Origin: an uncultured Bacilli bacterium | GTDB lineage: Bacteria; Bacillota_I; Bacilli_A; RF39; UBA660 | Length of the DNA stretch: 62,283 nt | NCBI GenBank assembly: GCA_910587725.1 | Contig: CAJUNG010000003.1 | Coordinates: 1 to 62,283, forward strand | Direction: 5' to 3' | Shown here: positions 28,243 to 37,469 of the stretch, one piece after another | Numbering within the stretch: position 1 is the stretch's first letter | Layout: every line of letters begins with the position of its first letter | Notes under the pieces: model-generated | Seen by the model: only the letters and a program-made list of their open reading frames with translations | Databases searched by the model: none | Told to the model about the DNA's origin: nothing | Position numbers and translations under genes: made by a program

Positions 28243-28526
28243 AAAGTTAAAATTCTAATTACAACAAGATATGAGAATACATTACGAAACTAATAAAGAT
28301 TTTAAAATAAAGCACTTATTAATCTCAAAAGTGTAGCATAAACATCAATATTTTTTGCACTTAAAAAAAGAAGCTATCACTACATCTTAGGATACTAACG
28401 CCTTAATATCAATTGTTTTAACTTGTATTGATAAAAGATTTTAAGAGGACCTTTATTGAACCTACTAACTGTTTTGCATATATGCTTTATTAAGTTCAAA
28501 CATATTTTTTCTTTTTTATGCTTCTT

Positions 28527-28587
28527 TCCTCCTTTAATTGAAGAATAACACTTGTTACCCTCCTACGATAATAAAATAATATCATAA
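28527..28587 (-). repeat. 61-nt leader repeat, copy B (orphan promoter/leader/SD with a dead start codon)
   Basis: Identical to 27243..27303. Downstream of the SD AAAGGAGGAAAG the start position reads ATA (not ATG), followed by AAA AAG AAA AAA TAT GTT TGA. No ORF follows for about 290 nt. Confidence 0.85.
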
Positions 28588-28763
28588 GATGAAGGAATAT
28601 TCAATACGAAAATAAAGAAAAACCGTGAATAAAATTTTCAGATAACCAAAAAAGCAATCCGATAAACTTCCATTTTTTATTCATCAAATTGGGGCATTTA
28701 CCTAAACAAAAAAGAAACCGACGAATACACTATGATAGATGATATAGCAAAGGGGGAAAAAAT

Positions 28764-29165
28764 ATGGAAACAAGAAATGAATGCTGTTTTGCTAACATCT
28801 TAAAAGTCATCGATGTTCTTCAAAGGAATGCGGAAAAGTGTGAGATGGTAGAAGAAGGATGCACAAGACCATATCTTGGAAATTTCACACCACTAGATGT
28901 ATATAACACAAGACCAGTTACATTTTACACCAAATCAGGAAGTATACTAGCTCTTCCTTATACATTAAACGGAGCAAATAATACTTCTTCAGTATTTCGT
29001 GTAGAAAAAGTAAACGATTGTTGTGTAACCGTTAGGATTCTTGCACCAAATCCAGTAGTAGATGAAGCAAGAAGGTACATTTCAACCAATCAATTTGCAA
29101 AAATAAATCTAGAATGTGTATGCGTCCTACAATGCTTACCTGACACAATCGTAGAAAATATTTAA
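28764..29165 (+). CDS. Spore coat / exosporium protein, CotY/CotZ (ExsY) family, paralog 1
   Basis: Cys pattern and motifs match the B. subtilis CotY/CotZ layout: N-terminal CC..I..V..LQ, EEGCTRPYLG, TRPVTFY, SVFRVEKVNDCCVTVRIL and INLECVCVLQCL. RBS AAAGGGGGA is present. Confidence 0.8.
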   Translation: METRNECCFANILKVIDVLQRNAEKCEMVEEGCTRPYLGNFTPLDVYNTRPVTFYTKSGSILALPYTLNGANNTSSVFRVEKVNDCCVTVRILAPNPVVDEARRYISTNQFAKINLECVCVLQCLPDTIVENI

Positions 29166-29181
29166 AGGAGGTGACTTCATT

Positions 29182-29601
29182 TTGAGCTGCATAAATAAAA
29201 AAGAAAACTGCTCTTGCTTACAAGAGTTAGTAGAAACAATTATCAAATTACAAAATTGTTCAGAAAACTGTGAATTAGAATGTGGTGGATGCACAAAGCC
29301 ATTTTTAGGTCCAACACCAACTATCGTATGTTTTAACACAAGACCACTTCATCTATTCAAATGTTTCGACGGAAGCGAATGGACTCTACCTTACACCTAT
29401 AACGGAATTCCTGGAGTAAGTTCTGTTTTTAGAGCAGAATGTTTAGATGGATGTTGCGTAACTTGCAGAATTTTAATTCCTAATCCAGACACAACAAATA
29501 CCACCAATCCATACATCGCAACAGAATCTTACTTCACCATCAACTTAGATTGTGTTGGTGCCGTCTCATGTCTTCCAGACGTCGTTGTTCCAAACCTATA
29601 A
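29182..29601 (+). CDS. Spore coat / exosporium protein, CotY/CotZ (ExsY) family, paralog 2
   Basis: TTG start after RBS AAAGGAGGTGA. Starts MSC like CotY. Motifs are GGCTKPFLG, TRPLHLF, SVFRAECLDGCCVTCRIL and INLDCVGAVSCL. Confidence 0.8.
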   Translation: MSCINKKENCSCLQELVETIIKLQNCSENCELECGGCTKPFLGPTPTIVCFNTRPLHLFKCFDGSEWTLPYTYNGIPGVSSVFRAECLDGCCVTCRILIPNPDTTNTTNPYIATESYFTINLDCVGAVSCLPDVVVPNL

Positions 29602-29611
29602 AAAAATAGCA

Positions 29612-29646
29612 AAAAATCCCAGAGATAACCCTTTGGGATTTTTCTT
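29612..29646. terminator. Bidirectional rho-independent terminator between convergent genes
   Basis: AAATCCCAgagataacccttTGGGATTT flanked by A-run and T-run. Confidence 0.7.
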
Positions 29647-29971
29647 ATTTAATTTGAATATCGATAATATCAGAAATTAAAATTTTTTCATTATCGATTG
29701 TCACTACCGCATTATCTGTTTTCAAAGCAAGTCTAGTTAAATAACGATTTTCCTTAGTTCGAATTTCTACTAATTTTGTATAAACCTGTGCATTTTTTTG
29801 AAATAAAGAATTTAGCGTTTTCGATACTTCACTAGTTAAAGGTACTTCTCGACTAACAAAATCTCGATTGCTTACTTTTTCTTGAACAACATTTTCATCT
29901 TTAGAATAAAAATATTTTTTATTCGGACTACTAGCCGTTGTATTTTTATAAAGTTTTGGCAATTTTTTCAC
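29645..29971 (-). CDS. Hypothetical small protein
   Basis: 108-aa ORF with GTG start 8 nt after RBS GGAGA. No recognised motifs. Confidence 0.6.
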   Translation of the reverse strand: MKKLPKLYKNTTASSPNKKYFYSKDENVVQEKVSNRDFVSREVPLTSEVSKTLNSLFQKNAQVYTKLVEIRTKENRYLTRLALKTDNAVVTIDNEKILISDIIDIQIK

Positions 29972-30049
29972 TTTATCACTCTCCTACTTTATTGTATGCA
30001 AGTCGTATAAATTCTTTCGTAAACCATCATACTAAAAAGGGTGAAGTCT

Positions 30050-31186
30050 ATGACAAAGAAAAAATTTTCAATCGATTTTTTACTACTAGGAATCTTAATT
30101 TTATTTTTTATCATCAGTTATTTAACCATTTCTTCTGCACGAATTTATTTGCCAAGCTATCTCGGAAATTTAGAAATGAAACAAGCGCTATTTTATCTTT
30201 TAGGATTTATTCTTGCAGGAATAATTATTCTTCTATCCAATGAAAAAATATATCGTTTGATTTATGTTCTTTATGGATTAGGAAATCTATCTTTACTTCT
30301 TCTTTTATTTTTTGGAAGTGATATCAATGGAAGTAAGTGTTGGTTTATGATTCCGGGAATCGGTTCTATTCAACCAAGTGAATTTATGAAAATCATCCTC
30401 ATTTTAACACTTTCTGTTTTAACAGAAAATTTCTTTCAAAAGAAAAAAGTAACAATAAAAGAAGAGTTTTTCTTTTTAATCAAAGTCCTTGTAATCGTAT
30501 TAATTCCTAGCATTCTAACTTTTTTAGAACCGGATACAGGAGCAATTCTCATGTATTTTATGATTACACTTGGAATATTATTTCTTTCTCCTTTAAGAAG
30601 ACGGTGGTTCATTGCAGCAATAAGTAGTGTCATCATTGTATTAGGCGTTATCTTTTCTCTTTATTTTTGGAAACAGGATGTCCTCATCAAACTCGTAGGA
30701 ACAGATATATTCTACCGAATGGATAGAATATTAGATTGGCATCAAGGAAGCGGAATGCAATTAGAAAATTCTTTAGTATCGATTGGAAGCAGTGGACTTA
30801 CTGGTCATGGTTATAAAAAGACACCACTTTATTTTCCGGAATCAGGAACTGACTTTATTTTTTCGGTCTATGCCTCTAACTTTGGACTTTTCGGTGCTCT
30901 ATTCCTTGTCATTCTATTTATTATTCTCGATACCCACCTAATCACAATAGCCAAAAATGCAAAAGAGGAAAAATCAAAATACATCTTATCTGGATTTCTA
31001 TTTTTATTGCTCTATCAACAAATTCAAAATATGTCCATGACTTTAGGAATCCTCCCGATTACAGGAATCACACTTCCTTTTATTAGCTATGGTGGTTCTA
31101 GTCTCCTCTCCTACTTTATTATGGTAGGAATCATTCTAAATATTAATCAAGAAAGCAAAAGAAAAGGAAACATTATTTATGGATAG
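30050..31186 (+). CDS. SEDS-family peptidoglycan glycosyltransferase (FtsW/RodA/SpoVE family)
   Basis: About 10 TM helices with motifs SEFMKI and LPFISYGGSS. ATG 30050 follows RBS GGGTGA (track start GTG 30041). Confidence 0.9.
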   Translation: MTKKKFSIDFLLLGILILFFIISYLTISSARIYLPSYLGNLEMKQALFYLLGFILAGIIILLSNEKIYRLIYVLYGLGNLSLLLLLFFGSDINGSKCWFMIPGIGSIQPSEFMKIILILTLSVLTENFFQKKKVTIKEEFFFLIKVLVIVLIPSILTFLEPDTGAILMYFMITLGILFLSPLRRRWFIAAISSVIIVLGVIFSLYFWKQDVLIKLVGTDIFYRMDRILDWHQGSGMQLENSLVSIGSSGLTGHGYKKTPLYFPESGTDFIFSVYASNFGLFGALFLVILFIILDTHLITIAKNAKEEKSKYILSGFLFLLLYQQIQNMSMTLGILPITGITLPFISYGGSSLLSYFIMVGIILNINQESKRKGNIIYG

Positions 31187-31198
31187 AATGTTTCCCAA

Positions 31199-33355
31199 TT
31201 AAAAATGGTAAGGGAAAAAATCAAACTCTAATTTCACCTGCGTATTTGCTTTATAATGGTTTCTTAAATAAGTCAAGGCCGGATATAATTTCTCTTCTCT
31301 TTTATATTTAATGATGATTTGTACTCGATAAATATGATTAACCTTTGAAACAGATGCGGAAGATGGACCAAGAATTAAAGAAGAAGTCAGTTGTTTTGTT
31401 AAAAATTTTCCAATCTTAGAAGCTTCCTCTTGACACTTAAGAAAATCTTTTCCCTGAATACGAAGTGTAGTTAAAAAATAAAAGGGAGGATAACCAAGTT
31501 TTCTTCGAATTTCCATTTCTTTTTCAAAGAATCCTAAATAATCGTGATGCTTGGCATAATCAATGGCATAATGGTCTGGATTAAAGGTTTGAATGTAAAC
31601 CTCTCCTTCACTATCGCTTCTTCCACTTCTTCCTGCTACCTGCATTAACAGTTGAAAGGTTTCTTCACTACTTCGAAAATCAGGAATATGAAGAGAAGTA
31701 TCCGCACTAATTACCCCAACTAAAGTCACCAGAGGAAAATCAAGTCCCTTGGCAATCATCTGAGTTCCTAGCAAAATATCATATTCATGATTTTTAAATG
31801 CCTTAATGATTTTTTCATGTGCCCCTTTCTTGCTTGTCGTATCTAAATCCATTCGTAAAATACGAGCACTAGGAAACAGATGGACAAGTTTTTCTTCTAT
31901 CTTTTCTGTTCCTGTTCCCATATTGGAAAGAGATTCTTCATGACAAGTCGGACAACACTTCAACACCCGCTCAATATAACCACAGTAATGACAACGAAGA
32001 ACACCATCGGCTTTATGGAAAGTAAGAGAAATATCACAATTTGGACACTTTGCCACATAACCACAATTTTTACAAGTAATAAAAGAAGAATATCCTCGAC
32101 GATTTAAAAGTAACATAATTTGTTTATTTTGTGATAAATGAAAAGCAATTTTTTCCTGCAAAATGTTAGAAAACAGAAAATTTCCCTTTTTGGCTTCCTC
32201 GTTCATATCGACAATTTCTACTTTAGGAAGAGGCTTTTGGTTAACTCGGTAAGGAAGTTCTACCAAATGATAAACACCCTTTTTCGCTCTAGCAAAGGAC
32301 TCCAAAGAAGGCGTCGCACTCCCCAAGACAACTTTGGCCTGATGATACTCCCCACGCTTTCTAACGATATCTAAGGTGAAATACTTCGGATTATTTTCTT
32401 GTTTAAAACTACTACTGTGTTCTTCATCCAAAATAATGATGCCAATATTTTTAAGGGGCGCAAAACAAGCACTTCTAGCACCGATAACCACATCGACTTC
32501 TCCTCTAGCAATACGCCGATATTCATCATACTTTTCTCCATCCGAAAGACGAGAATGCAAAACCGCAATACGAGAAAAACGCATCGTAAAACGTTCAGTA
32601 ATTTGCTCGGTTAAAGAAATCTCTGGCACCAATAAAATCGCTTGCCGTCCCGTTTTAAGCACATCTTCGATTAATTGCATATAAACTTCCGTCTTACCAC
32701 TACCAGTTACCCCATGAAGCAAATAAATGTTATCCTCTGTATGTTCAATTTCAAAAACAGCCTGCTTTTGACTTTCTGTTAAGGGGTATTTTTTTGCCTT
32801 AGTAAAACCATACTCTTTTCGGTAAACTTCTTCAGAAATCTCTGAAATAATTCCTTTTTCTAATAACGTTTTCACAGAAGAAGCAGAAATCCTAGTCAGT
32901 ACTTGCTTTTCTATTGAAGGCGTCTCTTTTAACATTTCCAAAATTTCTATCTGTTTTTCTCCTCTTGGCAAATAGGTATCATCCACAAGAAGAATAAACT
33001 TTTTATATTTTCGTCCTACATTCACTCCAGACTTTGCTTTTAAAGCTTTAGGAAGCATCGTTTGACAGCAAGAAATATAAGAGGATAAAGTTACTTTTCT
33101 CATATAGGAAGCCAAAGCTAACAACTCATCCGTTAAAATTACTTCTTCATCCAAAATGCGAATAATCTCTTTTACTGGATATTCTGGCCTTTCCACATTG
33201 ACCTGAACGATAAATCCTTCTAAAATTCGGTTTTGAAAAGGAACCTCTACTCGAACACCAACCTGAGCAAGTGACAGAAATTCTTCATTCACAAAATAAG
33301 TAAACGTCTTATCGACATTTTGGTTCGTAATTTCAATAATTACCTCAATATACAT
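31199..33355 (-). CDS. priA: Primosomal protein N' (replication restart helicase PriA)
   Basis: Walker A GVTGSGKTEVY, DEEH box, Cys4 zinc motifs CKNCGYVAKCPNCD..CHYCG and a helicase C-terminal domain. ATG 33355 follows RBS AGGAGGTGA. Confidence 0.95.
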   Translation of the reverse strand: MYIEVIIEITNQNVDKTFTYFVNEEFLSLAQVGVRVEVPFQNRILEGFIVQVNVERPEYPVKEIIRILDEEVILTDELLALASYMRKVTLSSYISCCQTMLPKALKAKSGVNVGRKYKKFILLVDDTYLPRGEKQIEILEMLKETPSIEKQVLTRISASSVKTLLEKGIISEISEEVYRKEYGFTKAKKYPLTESQKQAVFEIEHTEDNIYLLHGVTGSGKTEVYMQLIEDVLKTGRQAILLVPEISLTEQITERFTMRFSRIAVLHSRLSDGEKYDEYRRIARGEVDVVIGARSACFAPLKNIGIIILDEEHSSSFKQENNPKYFTLDIVRKRGEYHQAKVVLGSATPSLESFARAKKGVYHLVELPYRVNQKPLPKVEIVDMNEEAKKGNFLFSNILQEKIAFHLSQNKQIMLLLNRRGYSSFITCKNCGYVAKCPNCDISLTFHKADGVLRCHYCGYIERVLKCCPTCHEESLSNMGTGTEKIEEKLVHLFPSARILRMDLDTTSKKGAHEKIIKAFKNHEYDILLGTQMIAKGLDFPLVTLVGVISADTSLHIPDFRSSEETFQLLMQVAGRSGRSDSEGEVYIQTFNPDHYAIDYAKHHDYLGFFEKEMEIRRKLGYPPFYFLTTLRIQGKDFLKCQEEASKIGKFLTKQLTSSLILGPSSASVSKVNHIYRVQIIIKYKREEKLYPALTYLRNHYKANTQVKLEFDFFPYHF

Positions 33356-33395
33356 CAAACATCACCTCCTAAAACACTAAGATTTTTCATATCAT

Positions 33396-34058
33396 TTAAT
33401 GTTTACTTTTAATCTCTAAATCGATAATTGTCAAAATGTCCTCAATGGCCTCTTCAATATGGAAAATTCCATTACCAATCGAATAGTAGACAGGATAAAA
33501 TCGATAGGTCTTGTTTTCAATTTCTCTAACAAAGCATTTCCCCCTAGTCTTTGAAACATGGATTTTCTCTCCTAAAACAATCGAGGAAACCTGATTTCCA
33601 AATAAAATCACAACTTTTGGAGAAACCAAAGAAATCTCTTTAAAAAATAAATCTAAGTAAGCTTGGTAAACAGAGTCCGGAAGACTTCTTGCATCAACTT
33701 GCGTACATTTGGCCAGATTCGTAATGTAATATTGGTGCTTTTCTACATTTCGATAAACTTCCTCACTAAAAGAAGGTGTCCAACTAGGTCCAGAAAGTGT
33801 ACGAATCTGATGATAAATTTCCTGGTCTAATAAACCAAGACGAAAAAACAAACTCCAAATATTTTTTGTTCCAATCCAAGGAGACTTCATTCCTTGCCAA
33901 CTCTTTTGAGAAGCAATATTTCTTCTTGTCGGATTCATAAACACAAAACAAATATCTGGGTGATGCAGACATCCACCAAAAGAAATCGAATCCAAATTCT
34001 TATCTCCATAAATTTCTTGTAAATCATCATATGCTTTTGTTAAATTTTCTATCGTCAT
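33396..34058 (-). CDS. Uracil-DNA glycosylase superfamily protein (family not assigned)
   Basis: UDG-fold-like layout with FVFMNPT near the N-terminus and a late NLAKCT motif. ATG 34058 follows RBS AGGTGA (track start GTG 34067). Confidence 0.5.
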   Translation of the reverse strand: MTIENLTKAYDDLQEIYGDKNLDSISFGGCLHHPDICFVFMNPTRRNIASQKSWQGMKSPWIGTKNIWSLFFRLGLLDQEIYHQIRTLSGPSWTPSFSEEVYRNVEKHQYYITNLAKCTQVDARSLPDSVYQAYLDLFFKEISLVSPKVVILFGNQVSSIVLGEKIHVSKTRGKCFVREIENKTYRFYPVYYSIGNGIFHIEEAIEDILTIIDLEIKSKH

Positions 34059-34142
34059 AAGGTTCACCTACAATTTTTATTATAAAGATTTCTAGGGCGA
34101 ATTGCAACCAAAGTAACGAAAAGAAAACTTTTTTTCTTCTTT

Positions 34143-34176
34143 AAAAAAAGAAAACCCTTCTCTATTTAGAGAATGG
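34143..34176 (-). terminator. Rho-independent terminator closing the SipW/TasA-like operon
   Basis: Minus strand reads CCATTCTCTaaaTAGAGAAGGG followed by TTTTCTTTTTTT. Confidence 0.7.
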
Positions 34177-34194
34177 TCTTCTTCCGATAATCTA

Positions 34195-35850
34195 TTAGTT
34201 TTCTTCTAAAATCACTTCTGGAGTAGTATATAAGAAACTATAGCATCCATTAGCATCTTTTTCGTTAATATCGGTATCCTTAATTTCACGCTCTACTCCA
34301 TAAAGAACATCTAAAGCATGAACAAATTTTAAAATTGCCGCTTTATCTTTCGCATTGACACGGAAACTCTTATGATTATCAGTAAATGTAAAATGGTCAT
34401 AATCAATTTTAGAAGCAATGACATAGTTATAAGGGTCATTGGTATCTTCTCCAACATTAGAATATAAATTAAGTAATATTGGATGACCATCCTTTTTATC
34501 TTCGACAAGGAAATACTCACTAAACGATTGTTTTGTCGGGTTCGTATCATTATTATTACGAACTACAGCATAAATTAAGCTAGGATAAGTCTTAATAAAG
34601 GAATCAATCGTTTCTTTAGAAATCACTTCTTCTGAATAAACCATTGGTAAGCTTTTCAAGAACACATTCATCATTCCTGCTCTAGTACCAAAAGAAATGC
34701 GTACTTGATGACGTTGCTTATTATAAGCGTAGTCAAAGATTGTATCACTAACCATACTATACATCATATTTGTATCTGTCTCATTCACTGAAGTAATTCC
34801 TGGAATTTCTCTTAAATTTCCTTGACTATCTGGGAAAATCATATAAGAAACTCCAGTTCCATCAAAAGATTTTACATAAGTGATAACAAGTTCTGAAAGT
34901 CTTTTCGCATCTGCACTCGAATAATTCTTTAAATACATTTTATTCAAATAATATTCAAAAGCAAACTCTAATTCCTCTTTATCTTTAGTCTTAAAAAACT
35001 GAAAACTAAAGAGTGTCTTTGTATAAGCATTCGCATAATTTTCTAAATTCTCACTAATCGAATAAACATAAGCATCATTATCTTCATCATACTCAACGCG
35101 AATTCCTGGCAATTTTAACTGTTGAACACTTTCCTTATTTCCTTCAATGACCATACTTTTCACGAAAGATAGAATTGTATCTTTTGAATTCGTTCCTTGA
35201 GAATAAGCAGTAATCCAGTTCATAAAGGTTTGATAGAAATTACCGTCATTCGCAGGAATCGATAAAATATTCGATACTTCATTCGGTTTTTTCTTATAAA
35301 TATTCGCTAGATATACAGAATGAGAAAGACGGAAGTTTTGTGTAGTATAAAGGAATTTCTCCTCTTCATCAACTTTCTCATAAATAGAAACATCAAAATT
35401 AATCCATACATGTCCATATTCATCTTCAACTAATAAATCTTCGACATTACAACTAAGTGCTGCTTTGGTTGTATTTTGATTTCCATCCGAATAAGTAACG
35501 GTATTATTTTTAACTTTTCCTAAAGAAGTAAGCGTAATTTTTTGACATTTAGGAATCACGACTTCATAGACATCTTCATGTTGAAAATCTCCAATCTCAT
35601 TTCTTGGGAAAGTAAACGATAACTGCATTACCTCTTCTGTTGATGCTTGATAGTTTGGTTTACTTAATGCAATTTGGTTTTCCTTATATAGCTTATATAC
35701 TCCCGTAGAAAATCCAAGAGCTCCTTCTTTTTGACTAAAGTATTTTGCTCGAGAAGGAACAAAACCAGCAAATGAGGCAACCACCACCAAGATTAAAAGC
35801 GTAAGAAATAAATAAAACTTTTTAGAATTTTGCCCTTTTCTTTTGAACAT
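34195..35850 (-). CDS. Secreted protein of the SipW/TasA-like locus (551 aa, no known domain)
   Basis: RBS AAAGGAGGGA. N-terminal K-rich n-region plus a hydrophobic segment ending ...SFAGFVPSRAKYFSQKEGALGF, the same motif class as the neighbouring subunits. Confidence 0.8.
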   Translation of the reverse strand: MFKRKGQNSKKFYLFLTLLILVVVASFAGFVPSRAKYFSQKEGALGFSTGVYKLYKENQIALSKPNYQASTEEVMQLSFTFPRNEIGDFQHEDVYEVVIPKCQKITLTSLGKVKNNTVTYSDGNQNTTKAALSCNVEDLLVEDEYGHVWINFDVSIYEKVDEEEKFLYTTQNFRLSHSVYLANIYKKKPNEVSNILSIPANDGNFYQTFMNWITAYSQGTNSKDTILSFVKSMVIEGNKESVQQLKLPGIRVEYDEDNDAYVYSISENLENYANAYTKTLFSFQFFKTKDKEELEFAFEYYLNKMYLKNYSSADAKRLSELVITYVKSFDGTGVSYMIFPDSQGNLREIPGITSVNETDTNMMYSMVSDTIFDYAYNKQRHQVRISFGTRAGMMNVFLKSLPMVYSEEVISKETIDSFIKTYPSLIYAVVRNNNDTNPTKQSFSEYFLVEDKKDGHPILLNLYSNVGEDTNDPYNYVIASKIDYDHFTFTDNHKSFRVNAKDKAAILKFVHALDVLYGVEREIKDTDINEKDANGCYSFLYTTPEVILEEN

Positions 35851-35867
35851 ACAAATCCCTCCTTTAA

Positions 35868-36389
35868 TTAATCTCTTTGCTCTGCTTTATAGCTAACTGA
35901 AACAACTGGTTCAGTATAAGTTTTTCCTGTATCTTCTCCTTGATACATAATGACTAAGTGATAATCCTTAACCTTACCCTCACCAGCAAAAACAATTTCT
36001 TCTGGTAGAGAATATTCATTTACCCCACTAGGAATCTTCATATCATTTAATGTGAGCATCTGAAAATCTTCTTGGACACGAATCACCAATTGAAAATCCG
36101 ACGTAACATCTAATTTTGAGGTATCTACAGAAAAGTCATATTCAATCTTACTATTCGGTCGAAACAATCCAGAGTTACAAACGTTATTGCTATTGACTTC
36201 TCCCTTACAGTTCTTAGGAAGAACAGCAACTTCGAAACTAGCAACCCGAGAATCACTCGCTTCTTCAAATCGAGAAATATAACGAGAATAAGTAACTACC
36301 GCCGTAAACAGTAACATCACTCCAACATACATCGTCAACCACCGATAAAAGCGACGCCTGAATTTTTGACTAAAAAATAGTTTTTTCAA
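35868..36389 (-). CDS. Small TasA/BsaA-class subunit-like protein (173 aa)
   Basis: TTG start 4 nt after GAGGT. The N-terminus ...TAVVTYSRYISRFEEASDSRVASFEV parallels TYARYTSTFTGTSSARVAKWAF of the 40287..40991 product. A small beta-rich body follows. Confidence 0.75.
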   Translation of the reverse strand: MKKLFFSQKFRRRFYRWLTMYVGVMLLFTAVVTYSRYISRFEEASDSRVASFEVAVLPKNCKGEVNSNNVCNSGLFRPNSKIEYDFSVDTSKLDVTSDFQLVIRVQEDFQMLTLNDMKIPSGVNEYSLPEEIVFAGEGKVKDYHLVIMYQGEDTGKTYTEPVVSVSYKAEQRD

Positions 36390-36396
36390 TCGAACC

Positions 36397-37455
36397 TCAC
36401 AACCTTTCTAACTCTTCTATCTCTTCTAAAAGTTCTACTTCCTTTTGTACTTTCAAGTAAGCATTCTTCGTAAAAAGATAGACACGTCTTTGTTTTTTAT
36501 AAGCATCTTGAATTCGTGATAATTTTTTATATGCGCCAATATAAGCATTCTTTGCCCGAATACAATCATGATAAGCTTTCATATAAAGATTTTTAGAAGT
36601 CTTATGAAGTTCATAAACCTCTTTTTGATAAAGATATACTTCTTTAGAGCTTAAATAAGTAATCTTGGTTTGTGCATAACGATTTTTAACTTCTAAGTAA
36701 ACTTTTTTAATTTGTAAGTAAATCTCTTCTACTCGCTTATAATCATTCTTTAATTGCAAATATCTCTTTTTCAAGTATGGGTCCTTGTTCTTTTCTAGTA
36801 ACAATTCACCCCTTGCAAATGTCGAACGAGGAATAATCATCGTATTTTCTGTGAAATCAGGAAAATCAGAATACTCAGGTTCAGCTTTCAAAGAAGCACT
36901 CTCTTGTTTTTTCTTTTGTTCTTTAAACTCGTAAAACGCTTCTTCTTCTGGGTCTAGAATCGGGTTTCCATCTTTATCAATGCTAAGAAAGATACAAACG
37001 ATAACACCGATAATAAAAATCATCCCGATAACAAATGGATTTCTAAATGATGCGAGAAGCCTTCCCATTCCATTTAGACGAAATAAGTATTTTCCTCGTA
37101 AACTACTTCTTGGCATAGCGTCATCAGAAGAATCATTGGCATCTCCCTTCGTAACCATCTGATCATCATCAATTTTCTCTATCCGGTGAGTGACAAAGGA
37201 CCCGTCGACATCTTTAAAGGTTACGATATCTCCCTTTTGATAATGGGAGGCATTTCGATTAATCACAATCAAATCTCCCACATGAATAGACGGCTCCATC
37301 GAACCAGATACAACTTCCAAAACGGAATAACCGAAAAAGGAAGGAAGTTCTTGATGAAATAGATGAATCGATACAAAGTTGTAAAGATTAAAAGCAAGAA
37401 GGGAAAATAAGACCAGACAAAGGAGACCAATTCCTATTTTCTTGATGATTTTCAT
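36397..37455 (-). CDS. sipW: SipW-type (ER/archaeal-type, S26B) signal peptidase I with a 190-aa C-terminal coiled-coil tail (paralog 2)
   Basis: TM1, catalytic Ser in VVSGSMEPS, His in FVTHRI, TKGDAN and TM2 (FVIGMIFIIGVIVCIFL). Residues 161-352 are a non-peptidase tail with heptad-periodic Tyr. Confidence 0.85.
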   Translation of the reverse strand: MKIIKKIGIGLLCLVLFSLLAFNLYNFVSIHLFHQELPSFFGYSVLEVVSGSMEPSIHVGDLIVINRNASHYQKGDIVTFKDVDGSFVTHRIEKIDDDQMVTKGDANDSSDDAMPRSSLRGKYLFRLNGMGRLLASFRNPFVIGMIFIIGVIVCIFLSIDKDGNPILDPEEEAFYEFKEQKKKQESASLKAEPEYSDFPDFTENTMIIPRSTFARGELLLEKNKDPYLKKRYLQLKNDYKRVEEIYLQIKKVYLEVKNRYAQTKITYLSSKEVYLYQKEVYELHKTSKNLYMKAYHDCIRAKNAYIGAYKKLSRIQDAYKKQRRVYLFTKNAYLKVQKEVELLEEIEELERL

Positions 37456-37469
37456 AAGAATCTACTCTC

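Noticed and set aside
28600-28763. A sporulation sigma-E or sigma-K promoter upstream of the first CotY/Z-like gene (for example GAATACACT near 28725).
   Set aside because: Only a partial -10-like match was found and no properly spaced -35 element, so it cannot be supported from the sequence alone.
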